Counted from the stretch's first letter, positions 29,458 through 42,993 are shown. The stretch: DNA of 64,000 nt from Candidatus Cloacimonadota bacterium (GCA_029564175.1 JAKQQL010000110.1:32001-96000); one strand, 5' to 3'. Notes: generated from the sequence alone by a model not told the origin. Program-made: numbers and translations.

Positions 29458-30462
29458 ATGAGAACAAAAATAATCCTTCTTCTGTTACTTTTACTAAGCA
29501 TGATGTCGTGTAAACTGACAAACAATACACCAAGTAACAATTTACCAGATGATACTGGCAGTTTTGACATTGTATCAGGTGTTTCAGTAGTCAATTCAGC
29601 AACAGCACTGACTCTTGATTATCCATATCTTTTTGTATCTGATGGGAATGCCAGATTAACCTGTGTCGATGTGATGACTCCCTGGCACATCGAACGAATT
29701 TCATCTCTTAATTTCTTCAATAATTCTTCAGATCCAATACTTGATTTAGTCAGAGATTCCAGAAATATGATTTACGCAGGAATGGGGAATTCCGGTTTCT
29801 TTACTTTAAATACATCAAATCCTTATTCTCTGAATGTACAGAGTTTTAATACAGATATCAAATGTAAAAGCTTGAGTATAGACGAAAATAATGGTTATGG
29901 TAATCTGTTGGCAATTTCAGGAGACAGCTTCTGGAAAATTTATGAAATCATCGGTGCCGGTCAAATTCTACAACTGAGTTCTCAGGAATTTATGTCAGAA
30001 AAAAACTATAGAAAGATACATATTGATTATCCCTATATGTATTTAGGATCAAATTTCTCAGTTGATATCTATGATATTAGTAATCCCTTTTTACCACAAC
30101 TGATCAAATCAGAAACATTATATTATTTTAAAGATTTCAAATTTGTTGGTGATAGAATGTTAGTTTTAACCAATAACCAGTTGATATTTTACGATGTATC
30201 TAATCCTTATTATGCAAATTTACTTACTCAATACACATTCAATATATCTCCAACTAGTTTTTTCTGTGAAAATGGAAATCTGCTGATTTCCTTTGATAAT
30301 AAACAAATGCTTCATTATGTTATCTCTGATCAATATGCGCTTACGGAAATTTCATCCATTCAGTTTGACCATCTGGTTCAGGATATTGAATACTATGAAG
30401 GCTATTATTTTTTAGCTTGTAGAGATTTTGGTGTTTTGTGTTTACAATTAGATGGTTACTAA
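29458..30462 (+). CDS. Lipoprotein with LVIVD-like beta-propeller repeats
   Basis: Lipobox-like MMSC; repeats IYDISNP, FYDVSNP, LNTSNP. Confidence 0.75.
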   Translation: MRTKIILLLLLLLSMMSCKLTNNTPSNNLPDDTGSFDIVSGVSVVNSATALTLDYPYLFVSDGNARLTCVDVMTPWHIERISSLNFFNNSSDPILDLVRDSRNMIYAGMGNSGFFTLNTSNPYSLNVQSFNTDIKCKSLSIDENNGYGNLLAISGDSFWKIYEIIGAGQILQLSSQEFMSEKNYRKIHIDYPYMYLGSNFSVDIYDISNPFLPQLIKSETLYYFKDFKFVGDRMLVLTNNQLIFYDVSNPYYANLLTQYTFNISPTSFFCENGNLLISFDNKQMLHYVISDQYALTEISSIQFDHLVQDIEYYEGYYFLACRDFGVLCLQLDGY

Positions 30463-30480
30463 TAGATAAAGTCTTTTTTC

Positions 30481-31248
30481 TTAATAATACTTAGGAACTT
30501 TCTGAAGGATTGATGAGATGACTATCGCAGAAGCGGTTACTGCAGCGGTTTCAGCTCTGAGTATATGATTGCCAATTGTAAAGCTGTCAATTTTTTCTTT
30601 CATAAACAAGTCAAATTCATCTTGATGAAAGCCCCCTTCGGGTCCAATAAAAATACACAAAGAGCTTGGATAAAGTTTAAAAGATAGTTCAGAAAGGGAA
30701 GTTTCTGTTTCTTTTTCGGATGCGACAATACCTTTAAATCCAAAATTTTTTATCTGAAGAATTGTCTCATTAAGAGTTGAAACAGGGTGAACAATAGGTA
30801 AAAAGGCATTATCACATTGTTTAATGGCAGAGATGGCTGTTTTTATCATTTTATCCTGAATCGGATCATGATTCTTATTTTTTGAATCAGTTATTCTCCG
30901 TACACTGTAACGGGTTTCCATCGGGAAAAACTGTTTTATTCCCAACTCAGTCAGTTTTTCAATAATCCATAAGTCATTTTTATTTTTCAACAGAGAAAAA
31001 GCGACAGCAATTTCTGGTGTCCCTTTTTGGAATGAATCGATTTTACTAATATAAATGTCAGCATTTTTTTTTGTAATTTTTGATATTTTACCATAAGCCA
31101 GTTGTCCCATTCCGTTTGTAAGAATGATTTCGTCATTTACACGGTAACGGGACACATTGACTAAATGGTGAAACTCATCGCCATCTAACAACAAGTTATT
31201 ATCAAGATCACTATCTGACCATATTACAGGCAAATAAAATGATGGCAT
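30481..31248 (-). CDS. rsmE: 16S rRNA m3U1498 methyltransferase
   Basis: HHLVNV.R, EKLTELG, IGPEGGF, ILRAETAA. Confidence 0.95.
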   Translation of the reverse strand: MPSFYLPVIWSDSDLDNNLLLDGDEFHHLVNVSRYRVNDEIILTNGMGQLAYGKISKITKKNADIYISKIDSFQKGTPEIAVAFSLLKNKNDLWIIEKLTELGIKQFFPMETRYSVRRITDSKNKNHDPIQDKMIKTAISAIKQCDNAFLPIVHPVSTLNETILQIKNFGFKGIVASEKETETSLSELSFKLYPSSLCIFIGPEGGFHQDEFDLFMKEKIDSFTIGNHILRAETAAVTASAIVISSILQKVPKYY

Positions 31249-32402
31249 TAAAATAAATCCTTAAATTTTTTCCAGAAAGTTTTATCTGGATTTAAATTTC
31301 GTTTTTCATCGAATTTCTTTAATTGTTCATACAATTTAATTTCTTCGGATGTTAGCGAGGTCGGTGTTACGACATCTACCTTAACGATGATATCGCCACG
31401 GTAATGTTCATTATTGACTTCAGGCAGACCTTTCCCTCTTAACTTGAATACTTTGCCTGTCTGAGTACCTGCCGGTATCTTGACTTTTAGCTTTTCATCA
31501 GCTAAGGTTGTTACCATAATTTCACCACCTAAAGCGGCTGTTGAGAAAGAAATCGGATACTCACAAATCAGATTGACTCCGTCTCTTACAAAGACATCAT
31601 CTTCTTTTTCATGAATCATGACCAAAATGTCTCCATTGCTGCCATTTCTTTTGCCTTTATTACCTTCTCCTCTTAAGCGAATGTATTGACCTTCCTGAAC
31701 ACCTGCCGGAATTGTTACTTTTACATCTTTTGGTTTACTGATTCTGCCGTCACCATTACAATGTTTACATTTCTTTTCGATAACTTTTCCTTCACCATGA
31801 CAGGAAGGGCATGTTACAACAGTTTGAACATTGCCAAAAAATGATTGTCTGACCTGACGTACCTGGCCCTGCCCGTTACACTGAGTACAGGTTTTTACCT
31901 TGCCATCTTCAGATCCGCTACCATTGCATGAAGTACAAGTATCTTTAGTCGAAATTTTTACGGTTTTAGATACTCCGTTATAAATCTCTTTCATTGTTAA
32001 TGAAAGTTCAATTCTCAAATCTTCTCCACGATTAACCTGGTCCTGACGTGAACGTGATGAGCGTCTTCCGCCTCCAAAAAGATCTCCAAAAATGGATTCA
32101 AAACCTCCAAAAATGTCAGAAAAATCTCCTGTATGTGTGAAATTAGACCAGTCAAATCCACCAGCACCAAACTGGCTATCAACTCCTGCATGACCAAATT
32201 GGTCATATCTTGATTTCTTTTCAGGATCGCTGAGTACTTCGTATGCCTCTGCAGCCTCTTTAAACTTTTCTTCTGCTTCGGCATTTCCTGGGTTTTTATC
32301 TGGATGGTACTTCATTGCCAGTTTTCTGTAGGCACTCTTTATTGTACTTTCATCAGCGTTTTTATCAACGCCGAGTATTTCATAATAATCTCTTTTAGAC
32401 AT
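31248..32402 (-). CDS. dnaJ: Chaperone DnaJ
   Basis: J-domain HPD, G/F-rich region, four CxxCxGxG motifs. Confidence 0.98.
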   Translation of the reverse strand: MSKRDYYEILGVDKNADESTIKSAYRKLAMKYHPDKNPGNAEAEEKFKEAAEAYEVLSDPEKKSRYDQFGHAGVDSQFGAGGFDWSNFTHTGDFSDIFGGFESIFGDLFGGGRRSSRSRQDQVNRGEDLRIELSLTMKEIYNGVSKTVKISTKDTCTSCNGSGSEDGKVKTCTQCNGQGQVRQVRQSFFGNVQTVVTCPSCHGEGKVIEKKCKHCNGDGRISKPKDVKVTIPAGVQEGQYIRLRGEGNKGKRNGSNGDILVMIHEKEDDVFVRDGVNLICEYPISFSTAALGGEIMVTTLADEKLKVKIPAGTQTGKVFKLRGKGLPEVNNEHYRGDIIVKVDVVTPTSLTSEEIKLYEQLKKFDEKRNLNPDKTFWKKFKDLF

Positions 32403-32436
32403 ATTCTTTCGCCTCTATTCTTCTTTTGGTTACACT

Positions 32437-32459
32437 GTAGGGTAAGCAACCTTGCTTGC
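32437..32459. repeat. GTAG-type REP-like palindrome
   Basis: GTAG-G-GTAAGCAA-CC-TTGCTTGC. Confidence 0.55.
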
Positions 32460-32534
32460 AAACTATAACAATCAGGTTTTGCATAACCCTTTCAGTTACA
32501 AACAAATCCACAATTTACTCTTAAGATATAGAAA

Positions 32535-32564
32535 ATTCGGCTTAACAAAATTGTCAAGCCGAAT
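32535..32564 (-). terminator. Intercistronic hairpin between dnaK and dnaJ
   Basis: ATTCGGCTT...AAGCCGAAT stem, short T run on the minus strand. Confidence 0.65.
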
Positions 32565-32579
32565 AGATCAATTTATGGA

Positions 32580-34541
32580 TTATTTATCATCAACCACTTC
32601 GAATTCAGCATCTACAGGACCGTCATTTGTTGGTTTTGCTTGTTCCTGAGCATTATTTGCCTGATTCATAAAGTCTTCTGGATTAAATCCACCTGCACCA
32701 CCTTGAGCACCTTGTTGTTCCTGCATGTTTTTATAGAGGATTTCACCCAGTTTTTGTGCACGTTTGGATAAAGTCTCAGCAGCTTCGTTGTATTCAGCTG
32801 CAGTCTGGCCTTTTTCCAGTTTTTCTTTAGCTTCTTTAATCGCAGCTTCAATCTCAGTTTTTTCTGAATCTGATAATTTGTCAGCATAATCAGCCATTGA
32901 TTTTTCAGTTGAGAAGATCAATGTATCCAGTTTATTTTTTGCTTCGATCATTTCTTTTCTTTGTTTATCTTCATCTGCATGTGCTTCTGCTTCTTTAACC
33001 ATTCTGTTGATTTCTTCTTCACTCAGACTACCTGGTCTTTCAATACGCATAGAATGTTCTTTATTGGTACCTTTATCTTTTGCAGACACATGAAGAATAC
33101 CGTTTGCATCGATATCAAATGTAACTTCAATTTGTGGAACTCCTCTTGGTGCTGGTGGAATACCAACCAGATCAAAACGACCCAGACTGCGGTTATCATT
33201 CGCCATCGGTCTTTCACCCTGAAGAATATGGATGGTTACGGCATTTTGATTATCTGCAGCAGTTGAGAATACCTGGCTTTTGCGGGTAGGAACAGTCGTG
33301 TTTCTTTCAATAATTGGAGTCATCACACCACCTAATGTTTCAATACCCAAAGTCAGAGGAGTTACATCAAGTAAGAGGATGTCATTTAATTTTTCATCTC
33401 CGCCTAAGATACCACCCTGAACAGCAGCACCAATTGCAACCACTTCATCAGGATTTAAACTTTTGTTGGCTTTTTTATTGAAGAATTTTTCAACCGCTTC
33501 CTGAACTGCAGGGATACGGGTACTGCCACCAACCAGTAAGACTTCGTGAATTTGTGATGAATTTAACTTTGAATCTTCCAATGCTTTACGGCATGGAATA
33601 AGAGATCTTTCCACAAGTCTGGCTGTTAAACGATTAAATTCTGAAACAGATAAGTCATAAACAAGATGTTTAGGACCGCTTGCATCAGCTGTTATGAACG
33701 GCAGGTTGATATTAGTTGTTGGAGTTCCTGATAATTCAATTTTAGCTTTTTCTGCAGCTTCTTTCAGTCGTTGCATTGCCATATTGTCTCTGGATAAATC
33801 AACACCCTGATCTGCTTTGAATTTTTCAATCAGCCAGTCCATAATCGCTTTATCAAAATCGTCACCGCCAAGATGAGTATCGCCACCGGTTGATAACACT
33901 TCTACCACACCATCAGCCACTTCAAGGATAGAGATGTCAAATGTTCCGCCACCTAAGTCATATACAGCGATTTTTTCTGCTTTTTTATCTTCTTTTTGAA
34001 GCCCGTAAGCGAGAGCTGCAGCAGTTGGTTCGTTGATAATTCTTTTTACATCAAGACCAGCGATACGACCAGCATCTTTGGTTGCCTGTCTCTGAGCATC
34101 ATTGAAGTAGGCAGGAACGGTAATCACCGCTTCTTTAACTTCTTGTCCCAGATAAGCTTCAGCAGTTTCCTTCATTTTAGTTAAAATGATAGCTGAAATT
34201 TCCTGAGGTGTAAAGTCTTTGCTTACAGCATCGATATGAACGGTTGCTTCGCCTTTGTTGGTTGCATTCACTTTATAACCAACAATGCGAATTTCATCTT
34301 GAACTTCATTTATATTTCTACCCATAAAACGTTTGATTGAATAAACGGTATTGGTTGGATTGGTGATTAACTGTCTTTTTGCCAGCTGACCAACCAGTCT
34401 TTCTCCCTTTGCATTAAATCCGACAACAGATGGAGTTGTGCGGGTTCCTTCAGCATTAGCGATAACGATTGGTTTACCGCCTTCCATTACTGATACACAT
34501 GAATTAGTTGTTCCTAGGTCGATTCCGATGATTTTTCCCAT
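32580..34541 (-). CDS. dnaK: Chaperone DnaK
   Basis: [40 protein letters not shown]. Confidence 0.99.
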   Translation of the reverse strand: MGKIIGIDLGTTNSCVSVMEGGKPIVIANAEGTRTTPSVVGFNAKGERLVGQLAKRQLITNPTNTVYSIKRFMGRNINEVQDEIRIVGYKVNATNKGEATVHIDAVSKDFTPQEISAIILTKMKETAEAYLGQEVKEAVITVPAYFNDAQRQATKDAGRIAGLDVKRIINEPTAAALAYGLQKEDKKAEKIAVYDLGGGTFDISILEVADGVVEVLSTGGDTHLGGDDFDKAIMDWLIEKFKADQGVDLSRDNMAMQRLKEAAEKAKIELSGTPTTNINLPFITADASGPKHLVYDLSVSEFNRLTARLVERSLIPCRKALEDSKLNSSQIHEVLLVGGSTRIPAVQEAVEKFFNKKANKSLNPDEVVAIGAAVQGGILGGDEKLNDILLLDVTPLTLGIETLGGVMTPIIERNTTVPTRKSQVFSTAADNQNAVTIHILQGERPMANDNRSLGRFDLVGIPPAPRGVPQIEVTFDIDANGILHVSAKDKGTNKEHSMRIERPGSLSEEEINRMVKEAEAHADEDKQRKEMIEAKNKLDTLIFSTEKSMADYADKLSDSEKTEIEAAIKEAKEKLEKGQTAAEYNEAAETLSKRAQKLGEILYKNMQEQQGAQGGAGGFNPEDFMNQANNAQEQAKPTNDGPVDAEFEVVDDK

Positions 34542-34563
34542 GGTATGCCTCCTTTTTATTTTT

Positions 34564-35211
34564 TTATTCTTTATTTTCTGGTTTTACGCCATTAGAAACA
34601 GCTACACGAGCTGGTCTGATTACTTTTTCATTCATCTTGTAGCCATTTTGAATAACAGCTGCGATGATGTTTTCGTCTAAATCAGAAGGAATATGAGCTA
34701 ATGCTTCATGATAATTAGGGTCAAATTCCTTTTCAAAACATTCAATTTTGGTAACATTGTTTCTTTTTAACAGCGTTTCAATCTGTTGATAAATCAGTTC
34801 AATGCCTTTTTTAAACGCTTCAAAGCCGTCTGTATTCACTTCTACACTAAAAGCCCTTTCAAAATTGTCAAAGACTTCACAAATCTCAAGAATAATCTTC
34901 TCGTTGGAATATTTCATCCAGTCAGCCTTTTCTTTGAGTGTATTCTTACGAAAGTTGTCAAAATCAGCTAATGTTCTCAGCCACTTATTTTTAAATTCAT
35001 CACGTTCAGCTTCTAATTTTTCAAGTTCCTGCTCAAAGGAATCTTCTTCTTCAATCTCTTGTACAGTGATTTCCTGTATCTCTTCAGAAGAACTGGCATC
35101 TTCATTTTTTATTGGCGCAGTTTCTTCATGCTCAACAGGAATATCTGTTTTTTTTAGTTCGTCATCCTGAATCATGTTCTCTTTATCCTTTTTAATGTCT
35201 TTTTTTATCAT
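34564..35211 (-). CDS. grpE: Nucleotide exchange factor GrpE
   Basis: [22 protein letters not shown]...[10 protein letters not shown]. Confidence 0.96.
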   Translation of the reverse strand: MIKKDIKKDKENMIQDDELKKTDIPVEHEETAPIKNEDASSSEEIQEITVQEIEEEDSFEQELEKLEAERDEFKNKWLRTLADFDNFRKNTLKEKADWMKYSNEKIILEICEVFDNFERAFSVEVNTDGFEAFKKGIELIYQQIETLLKRNNVTKIECFEKEFDPNYHEALAHIPSDLDENIIAAVIQNGYKMNEKVIRPARVAVSNGVKPENKE

Positions 35212-36289
35212 TTCTAAGTACCATCATCCCTTTCTTAGTTGTTTGAGTAATAATCTTTGCGATATCTCTTACTACTGGAATGTTTTTTTTATAATTCATG
35301 CTGTTAGGCCCAATTACTCCCAGATAAGCCGGTATATCAAATATCTCATATCTTGAAAATATCATGGAGAATCCATTCCATTCAGGATTACCAAAATCCT
35401 CTCCCAATAATATATTCCATTCCGTACTACTAGCATCCTGCTTGTAGCCTTTTTCTGAATCCAATTGATATTTCTGCATCATGGAAATCAGCAAATCGTG
35501 TCTCTGCATCATTTCTAAAAAGAGAAGGATGTTATGCTTATTATCAAACTCTACCTGATTGAGAAATTCAACACTACCATCAAAATGAATATAAAAACTA
35601 TTCAATTCTATTAAGGCATTGTAGAATTCTTTTAAAAAACATTGAAGAAGCTTATTGTCTTCTGATACAATGTCTGACAGATTATCCAGATATTTATTGA
35701 TAATGTCATATATCCTTAGTCCTGTCAGTTCATCGTTCAAATATCTGACCAATACTTTTAACTGGGCTTCAGATATATCAAAATCTGGCTTGATGATAAT
35801 CGTTTTATCCATTCCTGAATCGAGGCTAATAACGAATAATAACTTGTCATTTGCCACTTTAAACACATCCAGTTTGGATAGACAGTCATAAGATATCTCT
35901 GGTTCTGCTACAAAACTAAGCTGATCGGTTTCTTTTGCCAGTAATTGTTTAATAAAATGAAGTGAAAGCGGAATATCCCGATAATTTTGAACTAACATGG
36001 ATTGTAAAAAGTCGGTTTTATCATACTTTATTTTGGCTACTTCAGGTTTGATACAATCTACATATTTTCTATAACCCGCAATGGTGGGAATTCGCCCTGC
36101 TGAAGTATGTGGCTGGTAGATATAGCCTTTTCCTTCCAAACGGGATAGGTCATTACGAATCGTAGCTGAACTAATACCTTCAATATAGTTCTCACATAAA
36201 GATCTGGAGGCAACTGCTTCCTTGGTCTCTATAAACTCTTCTACCAGATTCTTCAGAACTTCCTGTTCTCTGAGCTCATTCTTTTTCAT
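35192..36289 (-). CDS. hrcA: Heat-inducible transcription repressor HrcA
   Basis: SSATIRNDL..LE..GY..QPHTSAGRIPT; LGVIGP..MNY. Confidence 0.95.
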   Translation of the reverse strand: MKKNELREQEVLKNLVEEFIETKEAVASRSLCENYIEGISSATIRNDLSRLEGKGYIYQPHTSAGRIPTIAGYRKYVDCIKPEVAKIKYDKTDFLQSMLVQNYRDIPLSLHFIKQLLAKETDQLSFVAEPEISYDCLSKLDVFKVANDKLLFVISLDSGMDKTIIIKPDFDISEAQLKVLVRYLNDELTGLRIYDIINKYLDNLSDIVSEDNKLLQCFLKEFYNALIELNSFYIHFDGSVEFLNQVEFDNKHNILLFLEMMQRHDLLISMMQKYQLDSEKGYKQDASSTEWNILLGEDFGNPEWNGFSMIFSRYEIFDIPAYLGVIGPNSMNYKKNIPVVRDIAKIITQTTKKGMMVLRNDKKRH

Positions 36290-36292
36290 TTT

Positions 36293-36319
36293 TTAGCACT
36301 CCTTATCGTATTCTGCTAA
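36293..36319. promoter_or_regulatory. CIRCE element overlapping the hrcA ribosome-binding site
   Basis: TTAGCACTC-N9-TTCTGCTAA; AAGGAG SD on the minus strand lies inside it. Confidence 0.8.
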
Positions 36320-36328
36320 TCTAATGAC

Positions 36329-36376
36329 AAAATAATATAATTTGAAAAATTGTCAAACAAAATCTTTGAGTGCTAA
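36329..36376 (-). promoter_or_regulatory. hrcA operon promoter with an upstream CIRCE half-site
   Basis: TTGACA-N16-TATTTT (36356-36329); perfect GAGTGCTAA half-site at 36368-36376. Confidence 0.6.
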
Positions 36377-37040
36377 TTTTTTTTTGTTAATGCTTTTTTG
36401 AGAAGTTTACAGAAAAAGTGAAAAACTGAAAATCAAATTGTATCATTTAATCTGATACGATGTCAGAAAATGTAATAAGTAATGAGAAATATGAAGTGTT
36501 TTCTACAGGATAGATATGAGAATCAAAAGAGAAAAAAAGAGATAACATATTAAAAAATAGAGAAATAGGAGAAATATTGTGAATAAGACAACAGAAGTTC
36601 ATTTTTTGCTAAAATAATCTCATTTGATGAATGCTTTTTTTTCTGGAGATTTTGTAATAACTATTTTTTTACTACTCAGTTGCTATCTTAATTACTGGGC
36701 TTAGTATTGTTATTCTTTTTAGAATATTTTCATCGATTATATTCGTTATACTCTTTCAGATTGTTTATTGCTTTTAATTTGAGGAAAGTATTGCATAAAT
36801 GGCGACTAGCCATACAAGTATTGAATGATTTACGAATGTAACGAAGAACATTCATTCAGTTTAACTATAGTATTGAGCTGTTTAAAAAACAAGAGTAACG
36901 AAGTGGTAGCAAAAGAGTTTGAATTTCTTTAAAAAACAGAAGACAATAAACTATCATTAATTCGTTTTGATAATGGTATAAACTGGCGTTAATGAATTTA
37001 CAAGAGGTTGCTATCTTGGTAAAATATAAAAATGTTTTGG

Positions 37041-37772
37041 CTATTTATTCAATAATGGGGTATTATGAAATTTTGCGTGAATTTTATTGCGATTTAGATA
37101 ATAACAAAGACAGTATCTTAAAGAAGGATTAGTGGTAGTTAAATAGACTTCTCTCACATAATTTCTATCTTTTCGAATGACTTCAGAAATGGGAATTTTG
37201 GCATATTTTCTGCCAGGTAGAGAACGCTTTAAAGTATGAGACATCGTCATTTCAATGAGATCGTCGAAGGTTTTGTATTTCAGCAATTCAAGCAGAACAA
37301 AATAGGTGATCATAACATCACCGTCGGCGGTATGAGCTGTAAAATCCTGTAATACTTCTGTATTTAGGTTTAGTTCATTTTTTAAAAAGCGCAGTGAACT
37401 TTTATGCAGATTGAAAACCTGACGGGCACAATATTCTGTATCAAGAATTTTGCAAGCGCATTCAATCCCTTCTCTGGCTATCATAAATAAATCATTTTCA
37501 ATAGCATGCCCAATAATCACATTATTTTTATTTGAGAAAATGCTTTTTATCTCATTAAACATGGTAGAGTTAGCGAATCTTAATTTATCCTTTACCATTG
37601 AATTACTGATATTATGTACCCATCGGGAACCATCTTTTATCTGTACTCCTGGATTAAACATTTCAATTTTGAGATGATTTAACATATTATTCTCAAATGT
37701 TCCAATAGCAAGGCTGATGATTCTGTCTTCTTTTGATGATCCGCTAGTTTCTGTGTCTATAATATAATTCAT
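37041..37772 (-). CDS. DEDDh 3'-5' exonuclease (DnaQ/ExoX-like)
   Basis: IDTETSG (Exo I), GHAIEND (Exo II), HTADGD (Exo III); start uncertain, ATG 37772 preferred over 37838. Confidence 0.85.
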   Translation of the reverse strand: MNYIIDTETSGSSKEDRIISLAIGTFENNMLNHLKIEMFNPGVQIKDGSRWVHNISNSMVKDKLRFANSTMFNEIKSIFSNKNNVIIGHAIENDLFMIAREGIECACKILDTEYCARQVFNLHKSSLRFLKNELNLNTEVLQDFTAHTADGDVMITYFVLLELLKYKTFDDLIEMTMSHTLKRSLPGRKYAKIPISEVIRKDRNYVREVYLTTTNPSLRYCLCYYLNRNKIHAKFHNTPLLNK

Positions 37773-37981
37773 GAGAGCCATTTTCAATAAGTGGCTCATT
37801 TTGTCAATGATTATAGAATCACTCTTCTTGATTGTCATGGAATGATCGTTAAAAAGTTAAATTTAAAAATGATCATAAAAAAAGAAAAAATCTAGAATTA
37901 ACTTGACTAAAAGAATAACAATATTGAATTTGCTTTATGATATTAATCAGGCTAAATGCCGAACTAACAGATAAAGGATAA

Positions 37982-40079
<2,098 letters not shown>

Positions 40080-40107
40080 ATATCAGAAACAAAATTTGGA
40101 GAATAAT

Positions 40108-40806
40108 ATGAAAAGAGAAACAAAGATCACACCTAACTATATAGACTATCCATGTGGCAGTGTTTTAATTGAAACAGGAAAAACAAAAGTAATTTGTTCT
40201 GTAAGTATAGAAGAGAATGTGCCCCCATTTTTAAGAGATAAAAATCAAGGCTGGTTAACTGCAGAATACAGTATGTTACCTGCCAGTACCCATAATCGTA
40301 CCAGAAGAGAAGTTAATTCTGGAAAAATTGGTGGTAGAACAGCTGAAATTCAACGTCTGATAGGACGTTCTTTGAGAGCAGTAGTAGATTTGACAAAGAT
40401 GCCAGGATTGACAGCATATATTGATTGTGATGTTATTCAGGCAGACGGAGGTACACGTACTGCTTCAATAACAGGCGCTGCTGTAGCACTTGCAATCGCA
40501 TTTGAAAAACTAATTCAGGAAGAAAGATTATGTGAAAATCCTATGAAAGAACTGGTTACAGCGATTAGTGTAGGGATTGTTAATCAGGAATTTATATCAG
40601 ATTTGTGTTATGAGCAGGATTCAAATGCTGATGTTGACTTCAATATTGTAATGACTGAATCTGGACGTTTTGTTGAGTTACAGGGAACTGCAGAAAACAA
40701 TCCATTTTCTTTTAATGACTTAACCCAGCTGATTGATTTAGCTCAGAATGATATCATCCAATTATGTGAAATTCAAAAACAAGCGATTAACAAATGGAAA
40801 AATTAA
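40108..40806 (+). CDS. rph: Ribonuclease PH
   Basis: [40 protein letters not shown]; start at ATG 40108 with GGAG RBS. Confidence 0.96.
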   Translation: MKRETKITPNYIDYPCGSVLIETGKTKVICSVSIEENVPPFLRDKNQGWLTAEYSMLPASTHNRTRREVNSGKIGGRTAEIQRLIGRSLRAVVDLTKMPGLTAYIDCDVIQADGGTRTASITGAAVALAIAFEKLIQEERLCENPMKELVTAISVGIVNQEFISDLCYEQDSNADVDFNIVMTESGRFVELQGTAENNPFSFNDLTQLIDLAQNDIIQLCEIQKQAINKWKN

Positions 40807-40824
40807 ATTAAATAAGGAAAATAA

Positions 40825-42414
40825 ATGAAAAAGTATCTTGTCATTCTCATCCACTTAAGTTTTTGTTTACTGAATGCAATTCCAGTAAGCTTTAATCTTA
40901 CTCAAATCAATTTTGAAAATGCCATTGCAAATCAAAATTATCAGAAAATATTAAGAATATATAATCAAAGTTCTGTTAATCAGGATATTACCTTACTGCA
41001 TAATAATCGTAGTTTTACTTTCTCAGATACACTTTTTTCAATTTCTGCCAATGACAGTATAGATATTCAAGTTAATTTTAATGGTAAACATAATATCGAA
41101 TACAAAGATGTCTTTTATTTTATCAACTCATTGAATCAAACACCAAGTGTGCTACAGGCAAATGTTGCAGTTAACTATTCTCAGTCTTTATATGCACCTA
41201 CATTTAATAAATGGGACAGTGAACTAAAAAGTACTTTGCTTTCTCTTGTTAATAATCATCATTCTATTGGTTATACTGAAGCAAGAGAAGAAATGTTTTC
41301 TTCTATCGATAATGTCAACGGCTATGTGGAATGTGTTTATACAGGGCAATTAGTACAGACAAGTGGAATTCCAGATAACAATGTTATGAATTGTGAACAT
41401 ACCTGGCCTCAAAGCATGGGTGCCGAGGGTGTCGCAAAATCAGACTTAAATCATTTGTTTCCAACAAATTCAACGGCTAATAGTGTCAGAGGTAATTTAC
41501 CTTTCGGAGTTGTTGTATCTGGTCAAAACTGGTCAGTAGGCGGATCAAAAAGAGGATATAATGCTCAAGGGACACAGGTTTTTGAACCAAGAGATGTTCA
41601 TAAAGGGGATGTTTCAAGAGCGATGTTTTATTTTTCAGTTCGATATAACAATCCCTCTTCTCCATTTTTCAATGACCAGGAAGCCGTTCTCAGACAATGG
41701 CATTATCAAGATCTTGTAAGTCTTAAAGAAACAAACCGGAATAATGCGATTGAAGAGATTCAAAATAAAAGAAATCCATTTATTGATCATCCTGAGTTTG
41801 TTGATCGTTTATTTAGTATAGCTACAACGGCAAACAGACCACAAGTAGCATCTTTTTATTTTCCAATCCAATCTGTTAATGCTGATAATATGAGCAATGT
41901 TTCTATCCCTGTATCAAACTTCGGTAATGCTGTTTTGAATATTAGTTCAGTTACCAGTTCAAATTCTAATTTTTTAGTAAATTTATATCCAAGCAGTATT
42001 CCTTCTGGTCAGTATGGTATGATTGAGCTATCAATACCTGGATCAGGTGATAATCAAATTACAACTTTAAATGTTTACACTTCAACAGGGAATTATACGA
42101 TTACCGTTAGTTCACAAACAACATCTACGGATAATCAAATATTAAATCCTCAATACTTCAATTTTTCAGTTTATCCTAATCCAGTTAATTCAATAGCTCA
42201 TATCGCTTTAAATTCTAATTTGAAAAATACAGATCCCATAAAAGTCTCAATTTATAATCTTAAAGGACAAAGAATTGAAACAACAATTTATCAGAATCCC
42301 TTAGTTAAATCTAGTATTGATTTTAAATCAGATAAATATGCCAATGGAATTTACTTTATCAGATTAGAACAAGGGAATCAATATCAAACCAAAAAAATTA
42401 TTGTGATGAAATAG
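40825..42414 (+). CDS. Secreted endonuclease I-family nuclease with Ig-like domains and T9SS-like C-terminal tail
   Basis: NCEHTWPQS, DLNHLFP, NSVRGN, KGDVSRAMFYF, RNPFIDHPE; YPNP...IYNLKGQ...NGIYFI tail. Confidence 0.88.
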   Translation: MKKYLVILIHLSFCLLNAIPVSFNLTQINFENAIANQNYQKILRIYNQSSVNQDITLLHNNRSFTFSDTLFSISANDSIDIQVNFNGKHNIEYKDVFYFINSLNQTPSVLQANVAVNYSQSLYAPTFNKWDSELKSTLLSLVNNHHSIGYTEAREEMFSSIDNVNGYVECVYTGQLVQTSGIPDNNVMNCEHTWPQSMGAEGVAKSDLNHLFPTNSTANSVRGNLPFGVVVSGQNWSVGGSKRGYNAQGTQVFEPRDVHKGDVSRAMFYFSVRYNNPSSPFFNDQEAVLRQWHYQDLVSLKETNRNNAIEEIQNKRNPFIDHPEFVDRLFSIATTANRPQVASFYFPIQSVNADNMSNVSIPVSNFGNAVLNISSVTSSNSNFLVNLYPSSIPSGQYGMIELSIPGSGDNQITTLNVYTSTGNYTITVSSQTTSTDNQILNPQYFNFSVYPNPVNSIAHIALNSNLKNTDPIKVSIYNLKGQRIETTIYQNPLVKSSIDFKSDKYANGIYFIRLEQGNQYQTKKIIVMK

Positions 42415-42423
42415 GAGATAAAA

Positions 42424-42993
42424 ATGGATATCCAGGAAATCTTAAAAGAGACAAATGCTTTGTTAAAAGGACACTTTAAGTTAACATCAGGTCGTCATAG
42501 TGAATATTATGTAGAAAAAATTAAAATTATTCATTATCCTGATAAGGTCGAAATGCTTTGTAAAGAAATCGCTGAAAAATTGAAAGATTATCCTGTGGAC
42601 GTAGTCGTAGGACCAGCGTACGGTGGGATAGCTCTGGCTTATGAAGTGGCAAAACAAATGGGGAAGAAGTTTGTATTTACACAGAGAAAAGATGATCAGA
42701 TGACTATCAGAAGTGGTTTTGATATCAAAGCTGGTGATAATGCTGTTATTATTGAAGATATTATCACTACCGGTGGCAGTGTTAAAGAAGTCATTGATGT
42801 TTTAAAAAATTATCAGATGAATGTTCAGGCCGTTTCCTGTATTGTTGATAGATCAGGAGGTAAAGCTCAGTTTGAATGTCCATTAATTCCACTTACCAGT
42901 GTTTCATTTGATACATGGGAAGAACAGGATTGTCCTCTTTGTAAAGCGAATATTCCTATAGTTAAACCTGGTGCAAGCGATAAGAAAAAATAA
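42424..42993 (+). CDS. pyrE: Orotate phosphoribosyltransferase
   Basis: GHFKLTSGRHS..Y, IIEDIITTGGS PRPP-binding loop. Confidence 0.95.
   Translation: MDIQEILKETNALLKGHFKLTSGRHSEYYVEKIKIIHYPDKVEMLCKEIAEKLKDYPVDVVVGPAYGGIALAYEVAKQMGKKFVFTQRKDDQMTIRSGFDIKAGDNAVIIEDIITTGGSVKEVIDVLKNYQMNVQAVSCIVDRSGGKAQFECPLIPLTSVSFDTWEEQDCPLCKANIPIVKPGASDKKK

Noticed and set aside
30481..32402. prmA missing between dnaJ and rsmE
   Set aside because: Common variation of the dnaK operon
32961..35170. Antisense ORFs over dnaK and grpE
   Set aside because: Short, fragmented shadows of conserved genes with no RBS or protein motifs
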